Below, in pieces: positions 38,318 through 51,541 of a DNA stretch of 64,000 nt. Numbering within the stretch: position 1 is the stretch's first letter; every line of letters starts with the position of its first letter. Source of the DNA: Antedon mediterranea. Its lineage: Eukaryota; Animalia; Echinodermata. The translations under genes and the position numbers were made by a program. A model generated the notes under the pieces. That model saw only the letters and a program-made list of their open reading frames with translations. It was not told the DNA's origin and searched no databases. Location of the stretch: the NCBI RefSeq assembly GCF_964355755.1, contig NC_092670.1, positions 10,340,795 through 10,404,794 on the forward strand. Direction: 5' to 3'.

Positions 38318-40029
38318 CGTATCCGGATATTCACCCCCTGGACATTTACCCCCCGGACAACTACCCCCCGGACAACCACCACCTGGACCACTACCCCCTT
38401 AGGACAACTACCCCTTTAGGACAACTACCCCCCGGACAAATACCCCCCGGACAACTACCCCCTTAGGACAACAACCCCCTTAGGACAACTACCCCCTGGA
38501 CAACTACCCCCCGGACAATTACCCCCTAGGAACAATTACCCCCCGGACAATTACCCCCCGGACAATTACCCCCCGGACAATTACCACCCAGAAAACTATC
38601 CCTTTAGAACACCCTAACCACCCAGATCATTCAACAACCTGACTCTGCAACTATTAATTAATAACTATATTTTAATTCGTTACTTTGACGAATTACTATT
38701 CATTATTGTAAACAAAAGTAAAAGATTGAACATAAATATAGCCTGGTGGTATAAACTGAAGATTGTCACACATGATCATAGGATAGTCGAACGTATTATA
38801 TAGTACTCCATGTATTTACTGTAAAGACTGGGTTCGCTAATAATAATAATAATTTTTGCGTCAGGACAATGCTTCGATAACCACTGGTCTTAAAAGAATT
38901 AATTTTTGTCTCAAATTTGTCATATATGTATTTTTGTACACTTGAAGAATAATATCACTTTTGATATTTGACCTCAATGTTCACTCACCGAATAAACGTC
39001 GATCTTTAAATAAATTCCCCTCAAATAAACGGTGACCATGTCACTCCCATGAAACATCATATGGAATAATCGGCGTCTATTTCCATTAGATTATACCCCC
39101 TCCCATTGAATAAACAACTTTCTTCCAATAAATGTCCACCTAAAAACCACCTAAACAATAAACAGCCCAGGCCGTTTTTTCAATAAATACGGTACTTTAA
39201 ATCTAGCACATCTAGGGTCTAGCGTGCTGTTAAACAGAATAATCGGTTAAAAACGGGTGTTTCGAAACTAGAGACCCGAGACCAGAGACCAGAGACCCGA
39301 GACCCAATACGAAAAGGGAGACCTAAATATACGAAAAGGGAGACCCACGTACGAAAAGGGAGACCCCACTATACGAAAAGGGAGACCCCACTATACGAAA
39401 AGGGAGACCCTAATATACGAAAAGGGAGACCTAAATATACGAAAAGGGAGACCAAATATACAAAAAGGGAGACCCAAATATACGAAATGGGAGACCTAAA
39501 TATACGAAAAGGGAGACCCACTATAATTAGAAAAGGGAGACCCCACTATACGAAAAGAGAGACCACACTATACGAAAAGGGAGACCCTAATATACGAAAA
39601 GGGAGACCCAAATATAGGTCTCCCTTTTCGTATTGGGTCTCGTGTCAGGTCTCTGGTCTCGGGTCTCTAGTTTCGAAACACCCGTTAAAAACAGATGATT
39701 TCATTTTTACAGAAACCGGTCCTATATATTTGTCTACTTTTGGATTGGGGGGGGGGGGAGGGGTAGTTGACCGGGGGGTAGTTGACCGGGGGGTAGTTGA
39801 CCGGGGGGTAGTTGACCGGGGGGTAGTTATCCTAAGGGGGTAGTTGTCCTAAGGGGGTGGTTGTCCGGGGGGTAGTTGTCCGGGGGGTTGTTATCCTAAG
39901 GGGGTAGTTGTCCTAAGGGGGTAGTTGTCCGGGGGGTAGTTGTCCGGGGGGTAGTTGTCCTAAGGGGGTAGTTGTCCGGGTGGTAAACATCCGGGGGGTA
40001 ACTGTCTAGGGGGTAGGTGTCCTAGAACC
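38318..40029. mobile_element. Foldback/MULE-like non-autonomous element with long inverted arrays of GGACAA(C/T)TACCCCC repeats
   Basis: The C-rich array at 38330-38610 mirrors the G-rich array at 39760-40025; 8-bp duplication CTGTCTGG at 38310-38317 and 40030-40037. Confidence 0.85.
39255..39683. mobile_element. MULE-like foldback MITE nested in the previous element
   Basis: Perfect TIR GGGTGTTTCGAAACTAGAGACCCGAGACCAGAGACC; 9-bp duplication GTTAAAAAC; internal ~21-22-bp repeats TATACGAAAAGGGAGACCC. Confidence 0.9.
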
Positions 40030-40053
40030 CTGTCTGGGCCTACTTATAGAGGA

Positions 40054-42379
40054 CTAGCAATTATACCCGCCCCAGGGCAGGTTTCAAAATTAGTTTACAG
40101 CCTTCTCAGTACATAACACCCGACGCCAGTATCTGTCTATATTCACCAACCTCCACCCCTCTTCAATAACACCCCATACTCTTTCTTAAAAACAAATTCT
40201 TCCCAGTGATGGACAAATTAAATTCAACCAAAGCTTCGAATTGAGAGGAGTATGCATAGCTACGATGGGTCTAATAATGGTTGAAGTACGTTGTAAATTG
40301 TGTAAATGAATAGGTGTCATATTGGCAGATAATTAAAATATGTAATTTAGATACTGCGGTCCCCCAGCCTTCTTTCTCCTTTCACGACCCCAGCCAACAT
40401 CAACAAACCTTAACTCCTCCCCTGGACAGTTCAAATTTAGTAACTTTTCCTAGTACAATCCAATCATATAGGCTACTTCATTACGCTAGTATTTTCGCTC
40501 CTCCTCCCCCTACAAACACACCCCAGATACACTGGGTGATGTGTTGAAGCCGGTTCCAGTACAAATTATATTATCACTCCCAACCCATAATCCCTCAGCT
40601 GCAGTTTAAAACATTCCAAATACATTTTCGGACATGGTGATAGGCCTACATGCCCACCCCAAACTCCCATCCGCTTCCCAGGGATGATTAAATACTTTAA
40701 CATTTTCCAACCACAATTCTGGTGTAAGCAAAATCCCCACTATCCCCTGAACCCAAACCCTATCTCCCAATCCCACTCTCCCACAATTGACGTTTTTTCC
40801 TTGGAGGATTGGTGATGTAGTTCAACACAGTAACAGTAAACAACATGTGTTTCACACAGGTATGGATGTCAGTAATGAGACAATCCAAGAGACCGATACA
40901 TAGCAGCTGGATATGGTTAAAGTACTTTGCTAAATGTGTAATTGAATAGGTGTCATATTGGTTAATTGGTTTTAACATTAGTTTAAAGCCTTCTCAGAAT
41001 ACCCGACGCCAGTAGGCCTACCCCACTATACTCACCCACCCCTCTTCAATAACACCCCACACTCTTTTTAAAAAAAAAATTCTTCCCAGTACAAATTCAA
41101 TTCAACTTCAAATTGAGAGGGTATACATAGCTACGATAGGCCTATGGTTTAAGTACGTTGTAAACTGTGTAAATAAATAGGTTTCATATTGGCTGATAAT
41201 TAAAATATCTAATTTTGATACTGCGGCCCCCTAGCCTTCTTTCTCCTCTCACCATCCAAGCCACAATCAACAAACCTTAACTCCTCCCCTGGACAGTTCA
41301 AATGTAGTAACTTTTCCTATTACAATTCCAATCATATAGGCTACTTCATTACGGCAGCATTTTCGGTCCTCCTCCTACTTCAATCACACCCCAGATACTG
41401 GGTAACGTGTTTAAGAAGGTTCCAATAAAAATTATTTTAGCCATCTCCCAACCCATAATCCTTCAGTGGCAGTTTTCATAAGTAGTTTAAAACATTCCGA
41501 ATACAGTTTCGGTCTTGGTGATAGGCCTACATCCCCACCCCAGCCCCTTTCCAGGGATAATTAAAATACTTTAACATTTTGCAACCACAATTGCGATCAT
41601 TTTGATACCCCATGGTTACATGCAGAAACAGAAATTTGTAAAACGAACAAACATCGAAAGTCCGCCATTTTGACCATGCATTGTGGCCCCTAACTTGGAT
41701 CCTAGATGGCGGATGATGTTCAAATATAGTAGTTCAACACAGTAACAGTAAACAACATGTGTATGTTCACATAGGTATGGATGTCTGTAATGAGACAATG
41801 CAAGAGACCGATACATAGCTGGATATGGTTAAAGTACTTTGCTAAATGTGTAAATGAATAGGTGTCATATTGGTTAATGATTAAAATATGTATATCTATA
41901 TCTATATTTCTCCAAAAGCCTTCCTGAGGATAATTTAAATACTGTAAAACATTTGCAGTATAATTTTACAATTCGATAGCCTACAACCCCGAGCCCAAGC
42001 AAAAATGACATCACAAACCACCCCACCCCCCTCCCAACCCTCCCACAAAAAACCCCAGGACTCGGGGAATTGTTGTAATGTAGTTTAAAACCTTCCCGGT
42101 TCAATTGCGATCATTTTGATACCTCATATGTATGGTTACATGCGGAAACAGAAATTTGTATAACGAACAAACATCGAAAGTGGGTGTTTTGACCACATTT
42201 TGGGCCCTAACTTGGATCCTAGGTGGCGGATGATGTTGAAATATAGCTTAGAACATTCCCGGTACAATTGCGGTCATTTTGATACCCCATATGTAAGATT
42301 ACGTGCAGTAACAACAATTTGTATAACGAACAAACAGACAAACAAACAAACAGACAAACTCTCTCACTTATAATATAGA
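40054..42379 (-). mobile_element. Non-autonomous Helitron with both termini
   Basis: The minus strand reads A|TCTATATTATAAGTGAGAG..(GTTT/GTCT)n...GC-rich hairpin (CCTGCCC..GGGCGGG)..GCTAG|T, i.e. 5'-TC, 3'-CTAG, inserted in AT with no TSD. Internal ~0.6-0.9-kb modules are duplicated. Confidence 0.82.
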
Positions 42380-43130
42380 TAATTATAATAAAAGCAAAAT
42401 TACCTTATTCTTTTAGTTAGGTGGCCTTGCAATATTCTCTAGGCTAGCATAGGCCTACTTTACTTAAGTAAGTTGTATATACACTATTCTAAGAGAGGGG
42501 AAGTAGGCCCTCTAGCTAGCTAGTAGGCCTAACTAAGTCTTGCCTAGCTAATAAGGCTAGGCCTAGGCTCTAAGCCTAGCTACCTACTACTAGGCTAGGC
42601 CGGACAAGTAAGCCCTAGCTAGTTAGGCCTAGATAGAGGCCCCGAGCAAGTACTAGGCCTAGTCTAGTAGGCTGGTATCAATATTTATAGTACACAGTGG
42701 CTGCATCATTAGGCCTATGCCTAGTCGGGTTTACGATGAAATCGGTCGCGTCTGAAATCGGTCGCGATAAAATCAACTTCCGGTATTTTGTATGGCGCGC
42801 CGCTAGAGCTATATTTAATAATAATTGATATTTTTTAGGAACTAGATTATTTATGTGGATATTTTTTACTTGGTTAATAAATATTTATTATCAATCATTA
42901 AATTATTTTTTTTTTGTATTTCACAGGTCTCGGAGAAGGACTGTGTCTTTTCAAAATGGCCATTTCTAAAACACGTTTAAATATTATATTAGGCATAATG
43001 TTATATTAGGCATATAATAATTTACCTCTATTTATATGTACTGTAATTAATATATTATTATATAGAGAATATACGTCTGTCGTGTCTTTTATTATGCAAA
43101 CAATTACGTAAAAGAGAACAATTTATTTAA

Positions 43131-46100
43131 AGATGTATTGTCCCCCAAAAAATGAAAAATAAAGATGAAAAAAATCAAATTTTGAATAGACCGTTTTGTA
43201 GTTAACATAAAGTTATTCACTTCCACCGAAAAAAAATCCGAAAAAAATATTGATTTCGCTTATAAAAAAATCAAAATAAGTTTACCATTTTTTCGAACTC
43301 ATCGGCTCAGAAATTAGGCCGGTAGAGCAACTCATACATATGCATGATATGTTAATGAGCATCCACACAGCAGAGATCTGATCTAACAATAGACGATGCA
43401 CGTTGTATGTACAACACCACCAGAGATCGACGCGATTCGACTGTTATGTGGGTTTCCCTGGCCTGATCGTATAAATATGTAAAGCTGAGCTGTTAATTTG
43501 TCGGTAAGTAGGCCTAGACGGTTATTTTAAATATAATAATATATATAACGCAATAATATCAGGAAGGTAAATTAATTAACTTAGCCTGGGATTTTTTCAG
43601 TTCAGGGCTAGGCCTAGATTAATACATGCTGCTGCATATTACTAGGCTAGTAGCAAGCAGACTGTGACAATCGGGTACCTGCAGAAGATGCCCAGCTAGG
43701 CCCTATACATTGTACTCTTCATAGACTGGCCTAGGCTATATGCCATCAATCTTAGCTACATTCCGAAAATACAGCCAGCTTGCTGTACCATATATATTTA
43801 CAGTTGAAGCTTGTTTAATTTAACTAATTTTTATGATAAAAATAAAACAAACATTTTTCAGGGAAAATGGTTGCAATACAAGCCTGAAATTGAGAACCTT
43901 CCAGCAGCACTGTACAAGTAGACAGAGGGGAAAAGCCAGCTTAGCCATTTTACAACACAAACAACAAATGTTCTCTGTACTGTAGTAAGTCAAATATTTA
44001 TTTTCTCTTTTTATAAGTTATAACATTATAAGTAATGTGTTTTAATTACCATAGAAAGGTAGTATACTTATTTGACTATGTCAAAGTAAGCAATTTCACT
44101 AGCCCAATTTTGCACCAAATATGCATGATCTATTTTTTCCAGATTTTCATACTTTGCTTTTACTTTTTTTAAAGACGTTGAGCTGATGAAGACTGGAACA
44201 GAGGTCACCTAAAGACAACAATGATAGACTCGGTATTGGAATATGATTGGATATTGCAGGAAAAATATTTCTGACTCTCCTGCTGCATTCGGCCAATATG
44301 TTCTTGTCCAGCTTGTAAAATATTGTATAATTTTTTTTGTATTATATGTACAGTATATTATTTTGTAAACATAACATTCAATAAATAAAAAAAAACCTAC
44401 TACAACAGTTCAGTACACAGGATAAATTCTTCAAATTTACTCTACACTTCATAATTTTACTGTAAATATTACAGTTCAAAAGGAGTTAATAAAATATATA
44501 TATACAGTATATCTTATTGAATTCCTGTATTGTTTTTTGTGTCAATTTGTCTACTAATTATCAATGTGTTGATTAATGGCAGTAATTACGACAGCTATAG
44601 TCTTCTAAGATCGCTCACATCCATTACAAAGTGTCATTTTAATAGTAAGAAACGTTTCAATAAATTGTGAATGTTGCCCACTGTACGATACATTTTATGT
44701 TTCTCACTACTTGCTCTTATTGTTCAATCAACCTAAAAAAAAAAAGAAATTTGTGTCAAAATATCTGCATAAAATGTTTATTTGCGGAATGTTAATTTGA
44801 ACCTATTGCATTTGATACAGAAAATATTTTTTAAATATTGCATCAGTAAAACATCCAAAACAATATTAAGATTTTCTTTTTTTTTTAATTTTCACTGCCG
44901 AATAGATAGTTGAAATCTTTAAAAATTAAACCAATTCATCATGATTAAAGCCCCATTCCCTACGTTTTTTAGATCTAATTTAAGGTCACAAACTATATTT
45001 AATGTAAAAATAATACTATATGGTCCTATTGCGATAACTTTTTTCGTCTTTAAACGGTTAAAAATGTGAAAAATAAATCGATTCTAATAATTATAGCGGC
45101 CCGCTATAAATCCCAAAATGCATTGCGCGCGGATTGATATTTTTGTTTTTCACCTGTAATTCGCCCACTTTTCGATCGATCGTGAAGCCAAAACAAATGG
45201 AAGACTCCTAACTTTTCAACGAAAATACCGGGTTTTCCCCAATTTGTATCAACGGAGTCTGGCAAAAATAGAAAGACAATTAATGCAGCAACTATACAAC
45301 GTCAGGCTAGGTATATAGCTAGCGTACGATGTTCGTACGTTATCGATGTTTACCAGCTAGGCCTACAAAACTAAGCCTAGCTAGGCTAGGCCTAAGACCG
45401 TCCACGAGAGGTCGATCGCCGCGAGCTACTTGGTAGTGCATTGTTTCTCACTTTTTATCATAATTTACCATAAAACGTACATTTAAGACAAGGAATGACA
45501 TGGTTTAATGTTTTTAAAGTGATATATATGTATTATTTTCCAAAAAACGTCCAAAATTGCAGGGAAGGGGTCTTTAAAACAAAAATACATCCCTTCTGGT
45601 GGTGGTCTACTGTAGTCCTAGCTAGCAGTGTACTGCCTAGGCCTACTACACTCTACTTCTAGAGACAGAAGTAGGCAGCAGTTAGGCTACTCGAGACTGT
45701 CAGTGCTAGTAGTAGTAGTAGACTAGTAGTACAGTAGCAGCAAATTCGGGCCTAGGCCTAGCTAGGCCTCTCCTGTTAGCGAAACAAAAACTCACCTAAA
45801 TGAATAAGATTCAACATCAAAGTTACCAACTGTAATTCTAACTTAGCATTCTGCTAGCTATAGTTTTCGTGTTTTCTTCAAGATTCGTCTCGCATCACTA
45901 CTCGACTCTCTCGCACGCATGCATTGCTATCGTTGTTGGCTGTTGATTTGGAAAGCATCATCATCCACATGATGTATCCATACAATATGAATATTTATGA
46001 GCTAACTCAGGTCAAGGGTTAAATTAAACCGGAACACATTTGTCTTCCAGACAAATAGCTTCCGGTTGGTTAATTTCTGCATTAAATTGCGATTTTTCCG

Positions 46101-46223
46101 TGTAAAAAATTATTTTTTTCAATCCAAATTGAGGTCAAAGTGAATAACTTTTATGTGCAATTAAAATGGCCTATTCAACAAAAATATTGAAAAAAAATTT
46201 TTTTTCAGGGGGACAATACATCT
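43131..46223 (+). mobile_element. Kolobok-like non-autonomous element, copy 1
   Basis: TTAA|AGATGTATTGTCCCC...GGGGACAATACATCT|TTAA; near-identical in reverse to 52320-58568. TTAA target plus purine-purine terminus fits Kolobok rather than piggyBac. Confidence 0.88.
44949..45573. mobile_element. TTAA-specific (Kolobok-like) MITE nested in copy 1
   Basis: Imperfect TIR AGCCCCATTCCCTAC / AGACCCCTTCCCTGC flanked by TTAA; the empty site is visible in copy 2 near 52990. Confidence 0.88.
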
Positions 46224-47169
46224 TTAAAAACAATAATTTTTACAATAATTTAAAATAAAGCCAGCGTATCCATTTTTATACTTTTGCATACTGTGGCAGA
46301 TTATATCATATCCATGTCGTTAACAACATACTATTCGATCACCTCATTTTATTTCTATTTTATTTCTATCCGTTATGTAGGATAATATTAAGTGTATAAT
46401 GATTATAGGTCTTTTGTTATTTAAACTTTGACCCTTGGCTTGTGTTATTTAATTAGTTGTTTTTTAAAAATTTTATTCATTGGACTTGATAATGACTCCA
46501 TGATGGAGTCGAAACATCGTTCTTTTTTTAAGCGTTATTTTTCTATTATGTATTTATATTGATTATTGTTGAGGCAAATCATGTGTATATTTTTATTTCT
46601 AATGTTTCAAATAGTTTTTAGTAAAATGATCATTATATGCGGATGGTTAAAAGGCGAGTTACTGAAATAAACCCCCGAATAAGCCACCATATTGTGGAGA
46701 TGCGCCTTCTATGATCGTGCAGCTGTTTCCCCTAACAATACGTTTTATTTTGCTGACAGGGTTTCCCCATTTTTAAAAAACATGCACTTGTTAGTGTTAA
46801 ATCATGGACAAAACATGTACGATCGTTGTCCATGGCGAGGTAAAGATAACGTCTATTACTAATAACCATACGTTTGAAATGTCTATAGGCCTCCTGCATG
46901 TGTTTTTGTGAAACGATCCAATGAGCTATAGATGCTCGACGCGATTATGAGATCATGTTCATTCATTCATTCTTTATTTATCCTTTAAAATCGAAATACA
47001 TTTAAAACATATAGGTAACAAAATCAAGACACGTGGAAATCTAAGGAGGCAAGGATAAGCAAAAGTAATTAAAATCGCTGTAGCTCACAGGCTTGCTTAT
47101 CCATAATAATTCCGAATAATACACTGTTTCTATAATTTGACAGTATGATTTATATATAATTTACGTATA

Positions 47170-47427
47170 TTTTTTTATTTATTTTTTTTTATTTCATACT
47201 CATCCAACAGCGAGTAACCCGCCAATTACAGGATGGATAAACTATTTAATAATTTCACAAGACAAACATATACACAAGATGCTCTACATAAACAAAGACT
47301 TATTATTAAGTCTTTGGGAGTGGAGTTGTAAATTGTCATGAGAAAAAAACCCTGACATATGACAGGACTTGAACCCAGGACCCTTAGATTGGTAGCCAAG
47401 CATCATAACCACCAAGCCACAGCTCCA
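47170..47427 (-). mobile_element. tRNA-derived SINE
   Basis: Minus-strand head with A-box TGGCTTGGTGG and B-box GGTTCAAGTCC, followed by a non-tRNA body and an A-rich tail. Confidence 0.65.
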
Positions 47428-48205
47428 CTCCTATACGTCGACGATAGGCCTACTATAGATTTTAATTTGAATATCTTTTATTTCTTCATTTATAATAATC
47501 ATCCGGCTCGATCCATACAAAATAGCGCGACCGATTTCAAACGCGACCGATTTCAAATGCGACCGATATCATCAAAAGTATAGCTCTAGCGGCGCGCCAT
47601 ACAAAATACCGGAAGTTGATTTTATCGCGACCGATTTCAAACGCGACCGATTTCAAGCGCGACCGATTTCATCTGACACCCCTAGTCGTAGATCCAAGCT
47701 AGATTCTATATCTACGCCTATTAACCCGATCGGTGCGAAAGGCACTCTTTTTCGGGCCTCCGTCCCTCGTAACCTAAATTAAAACAGCATTACATTGTGA
47801 GACTCGGGCACTACCCATTATTGAACATTCAGCCATCTAACCGGATTACAATGTATTGATATAACACATTAGTACAATAGCCATAGAGGGCGCTATATAG
47901 GATCTACAGTACGACTAGGTGTAGAGAGGCAGACAGTTCGTATTTAGTAAAGGCCTACTTTATACCAGGGAGTTGTAACTCCCTGTCTATACTAGAGTGG
48001 TATAGGATCACAAGTTTATTAATATTTGTTATGTGTTTTTAATCAGATTATTTTTTTATTTCTCTCATTTTTTTACAGCATAGTCAATGCATGGAGTAAA
48101 GGTCAATGGTTACACCATGCTATACATGACTTCAAAATACATCTTTATAATAATTAATTGAGGATCTTTTGTTAGTTGACGTATTATGACACGAAAGTTG
48201 TAAAG

Positions 48206-48390
48206 ATGTCAAGGGTATTGTTGATTGAGGCGTTCTATGCTGGCTCCCACTCTCAGTTGATCGACACACTTGAGAAAGGCCTAGAAGGATGCGCTGTCAA
48301 ATACACTTTGCCAGGGAAGAAGTGGCATTGGAGAGCACGGACATCAGCTCTATATTTTTCCGAAGTAATTTCACCTAGCCAAGAATACAG
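48206..48390 (+). CDS. GTDC1: GTDC1/QTMAN coding exon 1
   Basis: [20 protein letters not shown]...[20 protein letters not shown], the GTDC1 N-terminal signature; donor AG|GTTAAT, phase 2. Confidence 0.93.
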
Positions 48391-49063
48391 GTTAATAGTT
48401 GTGCATTATATTTTGACAGCAGAGGTCATAATCTTTATTTTTTTATCAATACCCTTTCTGTTGTAATAACAGAGGTGCCAACTTCAAAAAGTAAAAATCG
48501 AGGAAACAATTTTGAAGATACCCAAACAATAGAGGTTACCATAAAAGTTGGAAAATATTCATCGGAATATAATAGAGGGCGCTATTAAAAACAATCATCA
48601 GCATTTGCATAATTAAAATAGTTATTAAAATAGTATTGTATTTACCCTATATGCTATATGTAAAAGTACACCAGATACTCACCTACCTGGGAAATTCTTT
48701 CCCACTTGGAGCAAATCCAATGTATATATATATATCCCGTATCAATAATATAGTACTTGCTTATAATAGCCGTCTATATTGTCACCATGGCAAAACTGCC
48801 CTGTTTTCAGGTTTCTCCCAACCATCTGCGCATGCCCCAGACGTCCATATGTCATGCATACTAAATCAAGGCGCCCGTAGATGGTTGGTATGTTCAGGTC
48901 ATTCATTCATTGGCCAGCCCCCTGGGGTCGATACTACAATATTAAACCATGGAGTAAAGAATAAGAATGGAGGTTACCGGACTCTGCAAACTGGGAAAAT
49001 TTGTTACTAAAATCCAGTTTTACCTATATTTAACAAACAAGCTACTAGTAGATTTCCAGTACA

Positions 49064-50290
49064 ATGATTTCCAAACTGAAAAGAACCTATGGAATTGGTG
49101 GTTCCATGTTGCCTTGGTTGGAATCATTTTTAACTGAACGTAAGCAAAAAGTTGTTTTTAACGGAAAGATGTCCGGCAAGAGTTGCGTAATATCAGGGGT
49201 TCCTCAGGGGTCTGTGCTTGGACCCCTGTTATTTAACATATATGTTAATGATCTACATATGCACCTACGTGCAAAACCATATCAATATACAGACGACACT
49301 TGCATTGCTAAATGTATAATGACGGACGAAGATAGTTTATCTCTGCAACAGGACATTGACACGATCTCCCGGTGGTCAGCACTTAATTCACTTTCCATTA
49401 ACCCTAATAAATGTCAAGTGCTGTCATTGTCCAGAAAACGAGATCCCGTTGTTCCATCTTACATTCTAAATGGACATGAACTCATGAACGTTAATGACAT
49501 TACGTTACTTGGTGTGGTAATATCCCATAATTTGTCATGGGCACATCAGGTAGATAATGTAACTTTGAAATGCAATAGGATGTTAGGTTTTATACGATCA
49601 ATTGCCACAGGTTGTTCTACATCTGTTTTACTTAAACTTTATAAATGTCTTGTTCTTCGCCATATTCAATATTGCTCCCCTGTTTGGTATCCTTATCGTC
49701 AATGTCATATTAATAAGATAGAGAAAATTCAAAGAAGGGCAAGTCGATTTATCCTTCATCAACGAATCTTAGATCAGCCATATTCTGACCGATTAACTAG
49801 ACTGAATTTGATGACAGCTGAATCAAATCGAGATTATTTTACCGTTATTTTTGTTACAAATATATTATATAAATTACAGAATAGTTTTATTTTAAATATG
49901 TTGACTATCAATTGTAGGCATTTGGATGTTCTAACTTTTAAACATCTTGCATCCAAAACTGATAGTGGAAAGCATTTTATCCCAACCAGATTTATTCGTT
50001 TGTGGAATTCACTACCGGTCAATATTAAAGACGCCTTTGTTTGCGGAAGTTGGGTACAATTTAAAAATTGTTAATGGACCATTTTAAAAACACTATGCCT
50101 CTTTAATGTATATAATTATGGTATTAATATTACATATTTACATTGTTTTATGTTTTAATATATGCTTTGAGTGCTGGTGTGGCACGCCTTATGGCGACAG
50201 TGGTTCTTTGACCTCTTTTGCCACTCCTTGGCACACTCAAAGTTTATGTATTGTTTTAATGTTGCTAAAATTAGATAAAATAAAATTATT
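49064..50290 (+). mobile_element. 5'-truncated CR1/jockey-group LINE in GTDC1 intron 1
   Basis: ORF 49064-50074 with SGVPQGSVLGPLLF, YTDD, IEKIQRRASR, RLWNSLP; A-rich tail ends ~25 nt before the exon 2 acceptor. Confidence 0.92.
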
Positions 50291-50314
50291 AACTGTTCAC
50301 TTTTCTTCCCTTAG

Positions 50315-50482
50315 AATTTTGTTTACCAGTTCAGTATTAAATTTAGCAGAGTTGGTAGCACTGCGACCTGATTTGTCTCGGCTGACCAAGATTGTTTACT
50401 TCCATGAAAACCAGCTGGTTTACCCTGTCCGAAAACAAAAAGACAGAGATTTTCAATATGGATATAATCAAATAATAACATG
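50315..50482 (+). CDS. GTDC1: GTDC1/QTMAN coding exon 2
   Basis: CTTAG acceptor; ILFTSSVLNLAELVALRPDL...YFHENQLVYPVRK...RDFQYGYNQIIT; donor TG|GT, phase 2. Confidence 0.93.
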
Positions 50483-51112
50483 GTACTGTATATTTATTGT
50501 TAGTTTTTAAATTTATAGTAGGGAATTGAGAAAGACAGCAGGGGTGGATCCACGATTTTGAAATATAGGGGTGGGGAGAGGGAGGCTCAGACACAAGCAT
50601 TTGAGCGTTCGGTAAATACGACCACTAGATAGTCAGAAATGGTACTCGCACACAAAATTTATGATAAAATGGCACATCCCACTAATCTAGTTGGCCCGGG
50701 AAGGACGTTTGTATCATGCGCAGAAAACAGCAAAACGATCATACTTTTTCTGGTGGTAAACACAGTGATGTAACATTTTTTGCATATGTTGCGCATGTTC
50801 TGTGTGTAGGTAACTGCTGATTGTTTGATCGTACTTTACACAGTGTTGTGTTTTAATGGTAATTTTAAAGTTGTCATCCTGAATACTTACATACTATTCC
50901 CCTTGATTTTCAGAAAAATCAATATATTGTTGACGTCCCAAATGCTTATTTTAATCTGCAGTTATCTTTATCTCTCTTTATTTTGAAAAGTATTTTGCTC
51001 AGTCCATAATTTATTCTTCTATCTATGCCCAGATGAGGTCAATATTTATATGCAAAGGAAAACTTTATACTGTATAAAATTTATTTAATGTTAATTTACA
51101 TTTTTCTTTTAG

Positions 51113-51478
51113 TTTAACTGCTGACATTGTTTTATTCAACTCAAAATACAACATGGAATCTTTCTTGTCATCAATTGGGACATTTTTAAAACTTATGCCT
51201 GACTTCCGTCCTAAAGGCCTCGCTGAAAAGATACGACCAAAATCAAAAGTGTTGTATTTTCCAATAGAATTTCCAATAATGAATGATCCAATAGCAGATG
51301 TTATGGAAGGACTGACGTTAGCGGAACAGACCAGTTCATTAAATGAAAGTCAGGAGGTGTTTGAAAAATCCAAAGACAGGGCTATTAAATCAGGTGTCAC
51401 CGGAGAACAGACAGTTAGCTGCAGTTCAGTTTTATCACAATTGTCATCCCCATTAAAAATAGTATGGGCTCATAGATG
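51113..51478 (+). CDS. GTDC1: GTDC1/QTMAN coding exon 3
   Basis: [18 protein letters not shown]...PDFRPKGL...VLYFPI...PLKIVWAHR; AG/GT boundaries in phase 2/2. Confidence 0.92.
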
Positions 51479-51541
51479 GTACAGTCCTAGTGCATGTTTT
51501 GACTGCATCACTATAATCATTTGAGTGCTGTGCTTATTTAG

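Larger units (their letters stand above)
42728..47680. mobile_element. MULE-like non-autonomous element with ~85-bp TIRs; outer layer of a nested stack
   Basis: TIR ...GATGAAATCGGTCGCG...ATAAAATCAACTTCCGGTATTTTGTATGGCGCGCCGCTAGAGCTATA inverted at both ends; 8-bp duplication CCTAGTCG (42720-42727, 47681-47688). Confidence 0.85.

Noticed and set aside
38200-39843. Pro-rich and Gly/Val-rich ORFs (38200-38466, 39487-39843)
   Set aside because: They read through the tandem subterminal repeats of the foldback elements.
43127-46227. piggyBac assignment for the TTAA-flanked elements
   Set aside because: The termini start with AG rather than the CC(C/T) typical of piggyBac, so Kolobok-like is preferred; no transposase is present to confirm either.
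47355-47427. Functional tRNA gene
   Set aside because: A and B boxes are present, but the acceptor stem pairs poorly and it continues into a body and A-rich tail, which fits a SINE head. A similar lone B-box near 35310 was also not called.
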